Numbered from the stretch's first letter, positions 1 to 8,275 are shown. The stretch is DNA of 48,122 nucleotides from Thermoplasmata archaeon (GCA_046759865.1 JBHIDB010000002.1:1-48122), one strand, 5' to 3'. A program made the numbers and translations. The notes: a model not told the origin generated them from the letters alone.

Positions 1-66
1 GTCTCGAGACCGATGGCGCACTCCTGGGAAATCCGGAGGTCGCGGGTTCAAACCCCGCCCCCGACA
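1..66 (+). tRNA. 3' portion of a tRNA gene truncated by the window edge (probable exon 2 = 31-66, preceded by intron sequence)
   Basis: T-arm GCGGG(42-46)/TTCAAAC/CCCGC(54-58) is followed by the 7-nt 3' acceptor strand CCCCGAC and discriminator A(66). Nt 31-66 have exactly the length of tRNA positions 38-73. Nt 1-30 cannot be folded into a 5' anticodon stem-loop, so I read them as intron. Isotype not determinable. Confidence 0.45.
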
Positions 67-398
67 TCCGATTCTCCGTTACCACCCCTTCCAGGGATGT
101 CACCACAATCCGGGTCCGGCGGCTTGGATGTCTACCGTCACGAGGAGGCACGAAATGACCCGAAGCGTTCGGCGCACCCGTACCAGCTCCCAACTCCCAC
201 GATGAGAGCAACCAATCGGGCCGAGGCGATCCGACGGCGAGTAACCATTCGCCTCGGCTGGAGAAGGGGCCCGAGAGGCTCCAGACTGACAGGAGTTAGC
301 ACGAGGTCGGGAGGATGGGGACGGGTTCTCGGTGCGCGTTGACAGCTCGGTCAACACGAAACGGACTTTCATAGCCGTTGAAGGGCCTGCGACAGGTC

Positions 399-2294
399 AT
401 GGCTGTGAGGGCGGCCTTGGCCAGTTTGCTTGTCGCCATGCTCGTCTTCGGCGGTGTGGTGTCCTACGTCGGGACCGTGAGCGAGGAAAAGGGACTCGCT
501 ACCTTCCGAACCCGGGCCGAGTTTCACGCCTATCTAGAGGGCCTTCAGGCCGAAGGGAGCGGGACAGGCGGCTTCCCTTGGACCCAAGGGGGACCCTTCA
601 CGGACGTCGTCACGGCCGCCGAGACGGGGGACGCGGAAGCGGAGTTCTCGAGAACCAACATACAGGTTGCCGGCGTGGACGAGGCGGACATCGTGAAGAG
701 TGATGGCGAGTTTCTCTACGTCGCGGCGGAGGAAGAGGTCGTCCTCATCCGGGCCCATCCGCCGTCCTCGTTAGGAGTTGCCTCCCGCATCAAGGCACCG
801 GCGCTGGTGGGCGATCGGGAAGGGGAGGTTCAGATCCTCGGCCTCTTTCTCCACGAAGAGATTCTGGTGGTCATCTCCTCACTCCACCGTGATCTCGGCG
901 GTCCTCACATCCTGCCAGGTTCCGAATACCTCTGGCCCATGCCCGATAGCAGGACCATTGTCTCCCTCTTCTCCGTCGGCGACCCAGGCGATCCCGTTCG
1001 CCTCCGCGTCCTAGAGCTCACGGGGACCTACCAAGCTTCACGCATGAAGGAGGCGGTGGTCTACCTCGTGCTTCAGCAACCGGTGTGGGCCCAAGATGGT
1101 GAAGCGGCCTACCCGACGATATGCGCGGACGGAGGGTGTAATCCGTATGCCGCAAGCCGGATCTACTATGACCCGGGGGCTCCTGGCGCCAGCTCACTCA
1201 CCAACGTCGTGGCTGTCGACCTCTCGAGCGACGCCGTCGGCTACCTATCGGTCCTCATGGGATTCGCGTCCACCATCTACATGTCCCTGGATAACCTCTA
1301 CGTCACCTTCGCGAAGTGGCGGGGCTTTGTGGGATCCTTTCCCCGGTCCGATATTGTCGTCGAGCCGGCTGGCTACACCTCCCTGTACCGCATTGCCGTC
1401 GAAGGCACGAACCTCATCCCGGCCGCCGAGGGGAACGTGGAGGGTTGGCTCCTGAACCAATTCTCAATGGACGAGAGTGGGAGCTATCTGCGCCTTGCGA
1501 CGACGACGTCGGGCGGCGTCCCCGAAAACAGCGTGTACATTCTCGACGGCGACCTGCGCGTAGTTGGGGCGCTGGAGGGACTCGCCCGCGGAGAGAGCAT
1601 CTATTCCGCCCGTTTTGTCGGCGAGTTCGGCTACTTGGTGACGTTCCAGAAAGTCGATCCCTTCTTCGTCCTTGATCTTTCGAATCCCGTCCGCCCGGAG
1701 GTCCTGGGGTATCTGAAGATTCCCGGGTTCTCGGAGTACCTGCATCCCATCGACGAGACCCACATCCTGGGTGTCGGGAAGGACACCATCGAGGACCCCA
1801 GCGGCACCTTCGCGTGGTTCCAAGGCCTCAAGCTCTCCCTCTTCGACGTGAGCGATGTCGTCGCCCCGAAGGAGGTGGCCAAGCACGTAGTGGGGGACCG
1901 AGGGAGCTCATCGCCCGTGCTCTACGACCACAAGGCCTTCCTGTACATCCCGGAGGATCGCCTCGTAGTCCTCCCCGTCGTGATCGTCGACGCAGTCGAG
2001 CCAAGGGACGATGTGCCGCCGTGGGAACAAGGCACCGTCCACTGGCAAGGGGCCCTCGTCCTCTCGGTGCATCCGGAGCGCGGATTCGAGGAGCGGGCTC
2101 GCGTTACTCACCTTCCTCTGGATGAGGAGGCCTGCCCTTACGGAGCCGGACCATACGGGATAACGCGCTCGGTGTACATCGGCGCCCTTCTCTACACCGT
2201 CTCCCCCACCGTCTTGAAGGCCCACTCCCTCGTCGACTTCACGGAGGTAAATTCCCTCGTCTACGGGGAGGCTTCGGGACACGGATGGTGCTGA
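399..2294 (+). CDS. secreted/membrane-anchored beta-propeller domain protein (Pfam Beta_propel-like family)
   Basis: N-terminal hydrophobic signal/anchor (MAVRAALASLLVAMLVFGGVV). C-terminal motif block YLVTFQKVDPFFVLDLSNPVRPEVLGYLKIPGFSEYLHPIDETHILGVGKD is typical of the prokaryotic beta-propeller domain family. ATG at 399 lies ~30 nt downstream of an AT-rich box (364-372); the track start TTG 378 is the alternative. Confidence 0.8.
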   Translation: MAVRAALASLLVAMLVFGGVVSYVGTVSEEKGLATFRTRAEFHAYLEGLQAEGSGTGGFPWTQGGPFTDVVTAAETGDAEAEFSRTNIQVAGVDEADIVKSDGEFLYVAAEEEVVLIRAHPPSSLGVASRIKAPALVGDREGEVQILGLFLHEEILVVISSLHRDLGGPHILPGSEYLWPMPDSRTIVSLFSVGDPGDPVRLRVLELTGTYQASRMKEAVVYLVLQQPVWAQDGEAAYPTICADGGCNPYAASRIYYDPGAPGASSLTNVVAVDLSSDAVGYLSVLMGFASTIYMSLDNLYVTFAKWRGFVGSFPRSDIVVEPAGYTSLYRIAVEGTNLIPAAEGNVEGWLLNQFSMDESGSYLRLATTTSGGVPENSVYILDGDLRVVGALEGLARGESIYSARFVGEFGYLVTFQKVDPFFVLDLSNPVRPEVLGYLKIPGFSEYLHPIDETHILGVGKDTIEDPSGTFAWFQGLKLSLFDVSDVVAPKEVAKHVVGDRGSSSPVLYDHKAFLYIPEDRLVVLPVVIVDAVEPRDDVPPWEQGTVHWQGALVLSVHPERGFEERARVTHLPLDEEACPYGAGPYGITRSVYIGALLYTVSPTVLKAHSLVDFTEVNSLVYGEASGHGWC

Positions 2295-2935
2295 GGGGTC
2301 CCAGATATATGGTCGGTCAGCGCTACCGCATGAGAGAGACAAGCCCCATGCGCGTCACCCTCGACAAGAAAGCACTTCTCGCCCTCGCGTCCGATACTCG
2401 CTTGGAGATCATGCGCAACCTCGAACCCATGCGGCGGACCGTGACGCAGGTCGCGGAGGCCCTGGACATCGACAAGGGCGGCGTCCATCGCCACCTCCAG
2501 AAGCTCGTAGAGGGGGACCTCGTCAAGCGGTTTGACGACCATGGCTTCGTCTACTATGGTCTCTCCTGGAAGGGCCGCGACCTCCTGAACCCGACCGAGA
2601 ACACGAAGATTGTGATCCTGCTCGGTCTGTCCGTGGTTCTCCTCCTCGGGGCGGCCGTCGTCACCCTGGCGGCTCTCACGCCCGTGCCAGGACCTGCGAG
2701 TGCGGACCCCTATTTCGGGGGCTTTGAGCAGGATTACCGTCTCGATGAACTGGCGGGAGGGACTCCGACGGAATCCGGACCCGGCACCATCGAGCCAGCC
2801 ATGGCCGCGATGAATCCGGTCCTGCTGCTGTTCGGGCTCCTCCTGATTCCAGGGGCCGCCGTCCTGCTGGCGGTGGTGACGCGACGCCTATGGAGGCCGC
2901 TGCAGAGGCCAGCCCCGCAGAGCGAGGCCACGTAG
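2285..2935 (+). CDS. ArsR/SmtB-type winged-helix regulator fused to two transmembrane helices
   Basis: LLALASDTRLEIMRNLEPMRRTVTQVAEALDIDKGGVHRHLQKLVEGDLV is a classic ArsR HTH. It is followed by hydrophobic segments IVILLGLSVVLLLGAAVVTLAAL and VLLLFGLLLIPGAAVLLAVVT. True start may be an internal ATG (2309, 2330 or 2348). Confidence 0.7.
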   Translation: MVLRGPRYMVGQRYRMRETSPMRVTLDKKALLALASDTRLEIMRNLEPMRRTVTQVAEALDIDKGGVHRHLQKLVEGDLVKRFDDHGFVYYGLSWKGRDLLNPTENTKIVILLGLSVVLLLGAAVVTLAALTPVPGPASADPYFGGFEQDYRLDELAGGTPTESGPGTIEPAMAAMNPVLLLFGLLLIPGAAVLLAVVTRRLWRPLQRPAPQSEAT

Positions 2936-2980
2936 GCGGAGAGAAACGCTTTTCCGCCCCGTCCCCGTGAGTCGGGCTCC

Positions 2981-3730
2981 GTGGTTGTTCTTGAGGCACA
3001 GACGGGGTTCGTCATCGCTCTGCTGGGGCTTCTGGGCCTCGCCCTCCTCCTCTTCGCGCCTCGCATCCAGGGGACGCCCGGACCGTGGCTCGCCTTCTTC
3101 GTCGGCGTCCTCCTATACCTTATCATTCACGACCTGGTGGACGCGGTCCTCCTGGAATCGGCCCTCCGCGGGGACCTCGGAGTGGCGGGGACCTTCGCGC
3201 TCGTGGCGGTCGGCTTGCTGGTCGGAGGCGCGGCCTCCCTCTTCCTCCTCCGAGGGGCGGCCGATCGAGGTGCGCCCGCCCTCGGGGTCGCGGTCCTGGT
3301 GGGACTCCTCCTCGCCCTCCACACGACCCTAGACGGCTTCGTAGTCGGGATCGCCGTACAGACAATCCCGGGAGCCCAGGTGGTCGAGGCCTCGACGATC
3401 GGGTTGCAGGCGGTCCACCGAGCTCTCGAAGGAGGGCTCCTCGTGGTGGTACTCCTCCTTGCTAGCATCCGCAGGAACCGCATCTTCGCGGCCGTGGTCT
3501 TCGTCAGCCTGCCGTTGGTTGCCACGGCTGCCCTCGCCTCCCTGACCCCGGACCTAGTCTCCGCTGCCATCTCCGTCCTCCTCGCGTTCGTGGCGGCCGG
3601 CGTCTTCTTCCTTCTGCTGCTTCGAGGGTCCTGGGCCGCCCTGGCGGAGGACATCGAGAGTCTCCGGGCGGCTCCCTGGCTCCTTGTGGGCTTCCTGGTG
3701 GCCTTGCTCGCCCACAACCTTGCGCACTGA
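2981..3730 (+). CDS. polytopic membrane protein, possible ZIP-family divalent metal transporter
   Basis: About 7-8 hydrophobic helices. Two H-x-x-x-[DE]-G motifs inside helices (ALHTTLDGFVVG, AVHRALEGGLL) resemble the ZIP/ZupT metal-binding motifs. Lies directly downstream of the ArsR-type gene. GTG start. Confidence 0.5.
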   Translation: MVVLEAQTGFVIALLGLLGLALLLFAPRIQGTPGPWLAFFVGVLLYLIIHDLVDAVLLESALRGDLGVAGTFALVAVGLLVGGAASLFLLRGAADRGAPALGVAVLVGLLLALHTTLDGFVVGIAVQTIPGAQVVEASTIGLQAVHRALEGGLLVVVLLLASIRRNRIFAAVVFVSLPLVATAALASLTPDLVSAAISVLLAFVAAGVFFLLLLRGSWAALAEDIESLRAAPWLLVGFLVALLAHNLAH

Positions 3731-3758
3731 TTGGGACACGAACACGCGCCGGGGCGAG

Positions 3759-4040
3759 CTAGATCGTCTCCCCGATGAGCGTGACGAGCAACGCAATCGC
3801 CAGGAAGAGGGGGATCAGGGCGACCAGGGCCAGGACCCGCGGCTCGTAGCGGACGTGCATGTAGTAGAGGACCACGAGGGCTGCCTTGCTGATGGCGAAG
3901 ACCATGAGGAGGAAGATCTGGCCCAGGATCTGCACCTCGATGAGGGTGAGGATTCCGAGGGCGATGAAGACCGGGATGTACGGCCGCTTGAGCGGTTCTC
4001 GGATCCCCGCCGTCCCTGCCTGTTCCACTCCCGTCGCCAT
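3759..4040 (-). CDS. cytochrome c oxidase subunit IV-like small membrane protein
   Basis: 93-aa product MATGVEQ...YIPVFIALGILTLIEV...FAISKAALVVLYYMHV...ALVALIPLFLAIALLVTL with 3 TM helices and the YYMH motif of prokaryotic CoxIV family proteins. Lies 11 nt downstream of coxIII. I trimmed the 169-aa track ORF to the ATG at 4040 because the extension overlaps coxIII. Confidence 0.6.
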   Translation of the reverse strand: MATGVEQAGTAGIREPLKRPYIPVFIALGILTLIEVQILGQIFLLMVFAISKAALVVLYYMHVRYEPRVLALVALIPLFLAIALLVTLIGETI

Positions 4041-4051
4041 GCTCCGTCTCC

Positions 4052-4894
4052 TCAGAGTAGGTACACGATGGTGAACAAGAAGATCCACACCACGTCCACG
4101 AAGTGCCAGTAGAGGCCCATCAGCTCCACCGTACCGTGGTTCTTCGCCGTGAAGCCCCCCTTCCGCGCCTTCAGGGTGACGTACGACATGGCGATGACGC
4201 CCCCCGTCACGTGGGCCCCGTGGAACCCCGTCTGGATGTAGAAGGTCGACCCGTAGGCCGCGGGCCACCCGTCGGGACTGCTGAAGGGGGTGAGTCCCTC
4301 TTCAAAGATGAGGGCGATGTACTCCGTCCCCTGGATGGAGAGAAAGGTGATGCCTAGGGCGAGGGTGATGAGGAGGCGCTGGACGAAGGCTCTCTGGTTC
4401 CCCTGCTGGATGGCGTGCAGGGCCTCCGCCATGGCCAGGCTACTCGTGATGAGAAGGAAGGTGTTCAGGGCCGTCAGGGGGACGTTGAGGATGAGTCCGG
4501 GAGGCGGCCACATGTCGGGGGCGAAGGACGCCCGAACCGCCCAGGAGCCCCCGATGATGCCACTGAAGAACATGATCTCCGAGGCCAGAAAGACCCACAT
4601 GGCGGCCTTGCGCGTGGGAAAGGCCTGAAGGGTTCCTTCGTCCCCCTTCATCTCCCCCGGAACATAAGGGACTCGGCGGCCCCGGAAGTCGTCCCACACC
4701 CAGCCCCCCACGGCCCCGGCGAACACGGCGATGCCCAGGAGGAAGAGGGGGTTCAGGAGGGCGGTCCCGTAGACGCCCAGGGAAGCGAAAATCAGCCCGA
4801 GTCCCAGCGCTACGATGATGGGCCAGGGACTCCCGTGGACCTCCTCGTCTGCTTCGGCCTCGTGCGCCTCGTCGGGGGCCAACGGGCGCTCCAA
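4052..4894 (-). CDS. cytochrome c oxidase subunit III
   Basis: Seven-TM pattern with conserved subunit III blocks (FLASEIMFF, FYIQTGFHGAHVTGG, ELMGLYWHFVDVVWIFLFTIVYL). TTG start. Confidence 0.85.
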   Translation of the reverse strand: MERPLAPDEAHEAEADEEVHGSPWPIIVALGLGLIFASLGVYGTALLNPLFLLGIAVFAGAVGGWVWDDFRGRRVPYVPGEMKGDEGTLQAFPTRKAAMWVFLASEIMFFSGIIGGSWAVRASFAPDMWPPPGLILNVPLTALNTFLLITSSLAMAEALHAIQQGNQRAFVQRLLITLALGITFLSIQGTEYIALIFEEGLTPFSSPDGWPAAYGSTFYIQTGFHGAHVTGGVIAMSYVTLKARKGGFTAKNHGTVELMGLYWHFVDVVWIFLFTIVYLL

Positions 4895-4954
4895 AGGTGG
4901 CCCGAGTATAAGCTTGATGGTGGGGAATTCAGGCCTCTGGCCTGGGGACAGGGC

Positions 4955-4961
4955 TTAAATA
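4955..4961 (+). promoter_or_regulatory. TATA-like box (TTAAATA) for pckA
   Basis: The only AT-rich heptamer in the intergenic region, centred ~26 nt upstream of ATG 4984. This is the geometry expected for a leaderless archaeal mRNA. Confidence 0.45.
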
Positions 4962-4983
4962 GACCTCCGCATAGAGCCGGCCA

Positions 4984-6621
4984 ATGGGCGGCTTTCAGGA
5001 CGTGCTGGCCTCCGTATCCGCGACCGTCGAGGCCCTCCCCGACCGGCCGAACGTCACCTCGCCGAGCGGAGAGGAGCTCCGGAAGCGGGCCCGGCGCATC
5101 GGGACGAAGACGAACCTGGGCAGTTACAATTACAGCTCCGTCGTCCGCAGTCGGAGCGCCGGCCTGACGGTATATATCGGCGGCCCGGAGGTGCTGCAGG
5201 AGGCCCTGAACCCCCAGCAGGCGGAGATTCTCGACGGGCTGGGGGAAACTGTCGCCAAGGTAGACGCCTACGTCAGACGGGCCCCCATCGTGCAGACGGT
5301 CCGGCGGATGGGGCAGAACGGCGACTTTTCGCCCCGATGTACCCTCTATCTCTCGACCTACCGCCCCGAGGTCGTGCGTCTCGCCCACTTCTTCAACCTC
5401 GCCCTGTTCGAGCCGGACGGGGGGGAGGTCGGCCCGGGCGCGACTCTGGTGGACCTCCCCGAGTGGCAGGAGAAGGACCGTCAGATCCTCGTGTTCCCCG
5501 AGATCGCGGTCACGTACGTCCTCGGCTCCGACTACTACGGCGAGATCAAGAAGGGATTCCTCCGGCTCGGGATGTGGCACGCGAAGCAGCAGGGCATGCT
5601 TGGTCTCCACGCGGGGTCCAAGATTCTCAGGGCCCGAGGGCCGGACGGCGGCCTCCGGCGTTCCAGCATGTTCTTCCTCGGTCTGACGGCAACGGGGAAG
5701 ACGACCCACACCGCGCATACCCACGGGTTATCGGGGGACGGAGAAGGGATTGCGATCGCACAGGACGACGTGGTCTTCCTGCGGGACGACTGGTCGGCCC
5801 TAGGAACGGAGAGGGGCTTCTTCCTGAAGACGGAGGGACTCACCCCGGACACCCAGCCGCTCATCTACCACGCGATCACCCAGGGCGACGCGGTCCTGGA
5901 GAACGTCCTGGTGGATCACGCAGCCGTGGTGGACCTCGGCGACCTCACGCTCACGGGGAACGGGCGGGGGATCATGCAGAGGACGGCCTTCGGCGAGTCC
6001 ATGGGCCCCATCGACGTCCCGCCCGCCGCGGAGCTGGACGGCGCCCTGGTCGCCTTCATCACTCGGCAGAACACCGTCATGCCCATGGCCGCCAAGCTGA
6101 CCAAGGAGCAGGCGGCCGCTTTCTTCATGCTGGGCGAGTCCGTGGAGTCCTCCGGAGGGGACCCACGTCGGGCGGGCATGTCCGTGCGACAGGTGGGGAC
6201 AAACCCATTCATCATCGGGAGCAAGGCAGAAGAGGGGAACCGCTTCTTCGAGTTTCTCCAAGGAGCCGGCGAGCGAGTCCAGACTTACCTCCTAAACACC
6301 GGCGGGGTGGGCGAGATCGCCCGCGTGGAGGAGGGCAAGAGGGTGGTCACCCAAGAGGTCCTCCGGGTGGAGATCCCGGAGATGGCGGCCATCATCCGCG
6401 GCATCGCCCGGGACACCATCACCTGGCAGCGGCACCCGTATTGGGACCTCCAGGTCCCGGCGCAGGTCGACGGCGTCGACATGGGGAAGTTCGACCTGGT
6501 GCGCTTTTACGACGAGGACCAGGCCGGGAGGATGGTCGAGACCCTGCGGAGGGAGCGTGAAGAATACCTCAAGGACTTCCCTGGATTGCGGCCCGAGATC
6601 GTGGGCGCAGCGATCTTCTGA
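4984..6621 (+). CDS. pckA: phosphoenolpyruvate carboxykinase (ATP-type)
   Basis: Kinase-1a-like motif FFLGLTATGKTTHT (cf. GLSGTGKTT), followed by GFFLKTEGL, ENVLVD, FITRQNTVMPMAAKLTKEQAAAFFMLGES and LLNTGGVGE, in the same order as in ATP-dependent PEPCK. Confidence 0.75.
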   Translation: MGGFQDVLASVSATVEALPDRPNVTSPSGEELRKRARRIGTKTNLGSYNYSSVVRSRSAGLTVYIGGPEVLQEALNPQQAEILDGLGETVAKVDAYVRRAPIVQTVRRMGQNGDFSPRCTLYLSTYRPEVVRLAHFFNLALFEPDGGEVGPGATLVDLPEWQEKDRQILVFPEIAVTYVLGSDYYGEIKKGFLRLGMWHAKQQGMLGLHAGSKILRARGPDGGLRRSSMFFLGLTATGKTTHTAHTHGLSGDGEGIAIAQDDVVFLRDDWSALGTERGFFLKTEGLTPDTQPLIYHAITQGDAVLENVLVDHAAVVDLGDLTLTGNGRGIMQRTAFGESMGPIDVPPAAELDGALVAFITRQNTVMPMAAKLTKEQAAAFFMLGESVESSGGDPRRAGMSVRQVGTNPFIIGSKAEEGNRFFEFLQGAGERVQTYLLNTGGVGEIARVEEGKRVVTQEVLRVEIPEMAAIIRGIARDTITWQRHPYWDLQVPAQVDGVDMGKFDLVRFYDEDQAGRMVETLRREREEYLKDFPGLRPEIVGAAIF

Positions 6622-6624
6622 ACG

Positions 6625-6993
6625 TCAGCGGCGGATCTGGACCGTGAGGAGGCTCTCGAGGCTGTCCTTGGAGGTCTCCCAATCTCCTAGCACCTCCCCT
6701 AGACCCGAGACGGCCCCTCGGCCCTTTTCGGTAATCGTGTAGGGCTTCTTCGCGCGTTCGCCCTCCGCCCCCACCGTGACGAAGCCCTTCTCTTCGAGGG
6801 AGAGGAGCGCGGGGTAGACGGCTCCCGGGCCCGGCCGCCACATGCCTCCGGTGCGCGCCGTCACCTCTTCCATGATTTCAAACCCGTGCATCGGCCGATC
6901 CCGGAGGAGGTGGAGGATGACGGGCTTCAGCAGCCCCCGGGGGACAAGGCTAATGCGGAAGGGACCGCAATAACAGTAGAGCTCGTCGGGCAT
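6625..6993 (-). CDS. PadR-family transcriptional regulator
   Basis: LLKPVILHLLRDRPMHGFEIMEEVTARTGGMWRPGPGAVYPALLSLEEKGFV is the PadR winged-helix signature. Confidence 0.85.
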   Translation of the reverse strand: MPDELYCYCGPFRISLVPRGLLKPVILHLLRDRPMHGFEIMEEVTARTGGMWRPGPGAVYPALLSLEEKGFVTVGAEGERAKKPYTITEKGRGAVSGLGEVLGDWETSKDSLESLLTVQIRR

Positions 6994-7194
6994 CTACCCG
7001 GCGGAGGCCTCCTCCCTCAACTTGGCGATTCGCTTCTCCAAGTGGCGAATCTCCAGTTCCAAACGTTCCTTGTACTCCTCCAAGTCATCGACGAACTCCT
7101 CGCCGGACCCCAGTCCGTACGAGAAGCCGCCGTACCCCGGCGGGCACACGCACACGACGCTCCGGACACCTCGATACCGACCCATAGTGGTCAC
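6994..7194 (-). CDS. small Gly-rich/coiled-coil protein (DUF5320-like), first gene of the PadR operon
   Basis: 66 aa. N-terminal Cys/Gly-rich stretch (CVCPPGYGGFSYGLG) followed by a heptad-like tail (LEEYKERLELEIRHLEKRIAKLREE). Its stop abuts the PadR start (6993/6994). Family assignment is from memory only. Confidence 0.55.
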   Translation of the reverse strand: MTTMGRYRGVRSVVCVCPPGYGGFSYGLGSGEEFVDDLEEYKERLELEIRHLEKRIAKLREEASAG

Positions 7195-7206
7195 CTATCG
7201 GTACCG

Positions 7207-7226
7207 ATATATCGATATCGATATAT
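7207..7226. promoter_or_regulatory. perfect 20-bp palindrome ATATATCGATATCGATATAT overlapping the TATA position of the DUF5320-PadR operon (candidate operator)
   Basis: Read directly from the sequence. It lies 13-32 nt upstream of the ATG at 7194 (minus strand) and is the only strongly AT-rich stretch in this neighbourhood. Confidence 0.5.
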
Positions 7227-7258
7227 AATGCTTCTCTCGTCATTTTCGCGAGGGAGGG

Positions 7259-8275
7259 CTACGCCTCCGTAGCTCTTTCCATCCACTCCAAAGAGAGGTT
7301 CTCCTCCTCGAGGGCGGCTCGCAGGACGTCGGCGTAGCGCGACCGCAGAGCGGGGTCGGCGAGCCTTTCCGCGGCCTTGGTCGCGGCCTCTTCGGGGGCC
7401 TCCCGCGAAAAATACAGGATCTTGCGAGCCTCCCCCAGGGCCGTGACCTGGTGCCGGTAGTGGTCGGCCGCGCGCCCCAGACTCGCGCGCCACTCCTCTC
7501 TCATGGCGGCGAGGATCTGGGTGAACTCACTAGCCGTTCGTCGGGCGTCCAAGAGCGCGTTTAGGTTGAGGGCCATGTTGAAGGCCTTGCTCTCAAGGTC
7601 CTCCTCAGCCTCCTGCAAGGCCCCGATCCACGCCTGGTAGGAGGCTAGTCCCGTACGGAGACCCTTCGCTTCGAGCTGCGAAGCTAGAGGCCCTTCTCCT
7701 CGGGCGAACCGGAGCGCCCGCCGCAAGGTCCCCTCGAGGGTGGGTTTCTCCTCCGTCCCGGTCTTCGCGAGGACCAGCGGATTCCGACCATACCCTGCGT
7801 AATTCCACCCGATCCAGGGCTGAAAGGGAATCTCCCCCTCGTCCTTGGCGAAATAGCTCCGTACAAGCAGTCTCTGCGGGTCGGTCCGGTAACCGTAGAC
7901 GATGCAGAATTCCGGGGCCCCAGCGAGCCCGCAGCTGAGGACTGGGAGGGACGCGTCCAATCGGTCCACCAGCTTCTCCCACGCCTCCCCCAGGGGGAGG
8001 TCCACGTGGCTCGTCGTCTGGAGGCCCAGCCCTCGCGCGCCGTTGGCCACGAGGTCCTCGGGCGCGGCGTACGTCATGTCTAGGCTCCACGTGTCCGACC
8101 AGGCTGACCGGAAGGCTCCCCCGCTGATCCCCATCAGCCAGGGATAGCTGGCATCCGTCCCCAGGAAGTCGGCCACGGCCTTCAACGCTCCCACGGGGGT
8201 GAAGCGCTGTCCGCTGGCGAAGCTGAGAGCCGGGACGTCTTTCAGGACCTTCCCTGCCATTGGGTCCGGAAGCAC
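7259..8275 (-). CDS. hypothetical protein (338 aa)
   Basis: Long ORF with genome-typical codon bias and balanced amino-acid composition. The C-terminal third is helical. I recognise no motif with confidence. Confidence 0.6.
   Translation of the reverse strand: MLPDPMAGKVLKDVPALSFASGQRFTPVGALKAVADFLGTDASYPWLMGISGGAFRSAWSDTWSLDMTYAAPEDLVANGARGLGLQTTSHVDLPLGEAWEKLVDRLDASLPVLSCGLAGAPEFCIVYGYRTDPQRLLVRSYFAKDEGEIPFQPWIGWNYAGYGRNPLVLAKTGTEEKPTLEGTLRRALRFARGEGPLASQLEAKGLRTGLASYQAWIGALQEAEEDLESKAFNMALNLNALLDARRTASEFTQILAAMREEWRASLGRAADHYRHQVTALGEARKILYFSREAPEEAATKAAERLADPALRSRYADVLRAALEEENLSLEWMERATEA

Noticed and set aside
200-290. Possible C/D-box sRNA (GATGAGA near 200-208, CTGA near 283-286)
   Set aside because: The C-box is imperfect (not RUGAUGA), the C-to-D spacing (~80 nt) is longer than in typical archaeal C/D sRNAs, and I saw no C'/D' pair.
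3759-4268. Full 169-aa version of the coxIV-like ORF, plus the long N-terminal extensions of the ORFs at 45918-46985, 32245-33075, 33752-34942, 31891-32661 and 20351-21460
   Set aside because: The extensions overlap neighbouring well-supported genes and are low-complexity. Internal starts fit the protein families and the promoter or coupling geometry.
5337-6560. 407-aa ORF in an alternative plus frame, and a 304-aa minus ORF at 4810-5724
   Set aside because: Both overlap the pckA reading frame, which carries ordered PEPCK motifs. Their products are extremely Arg/Gly/Pro-rich.
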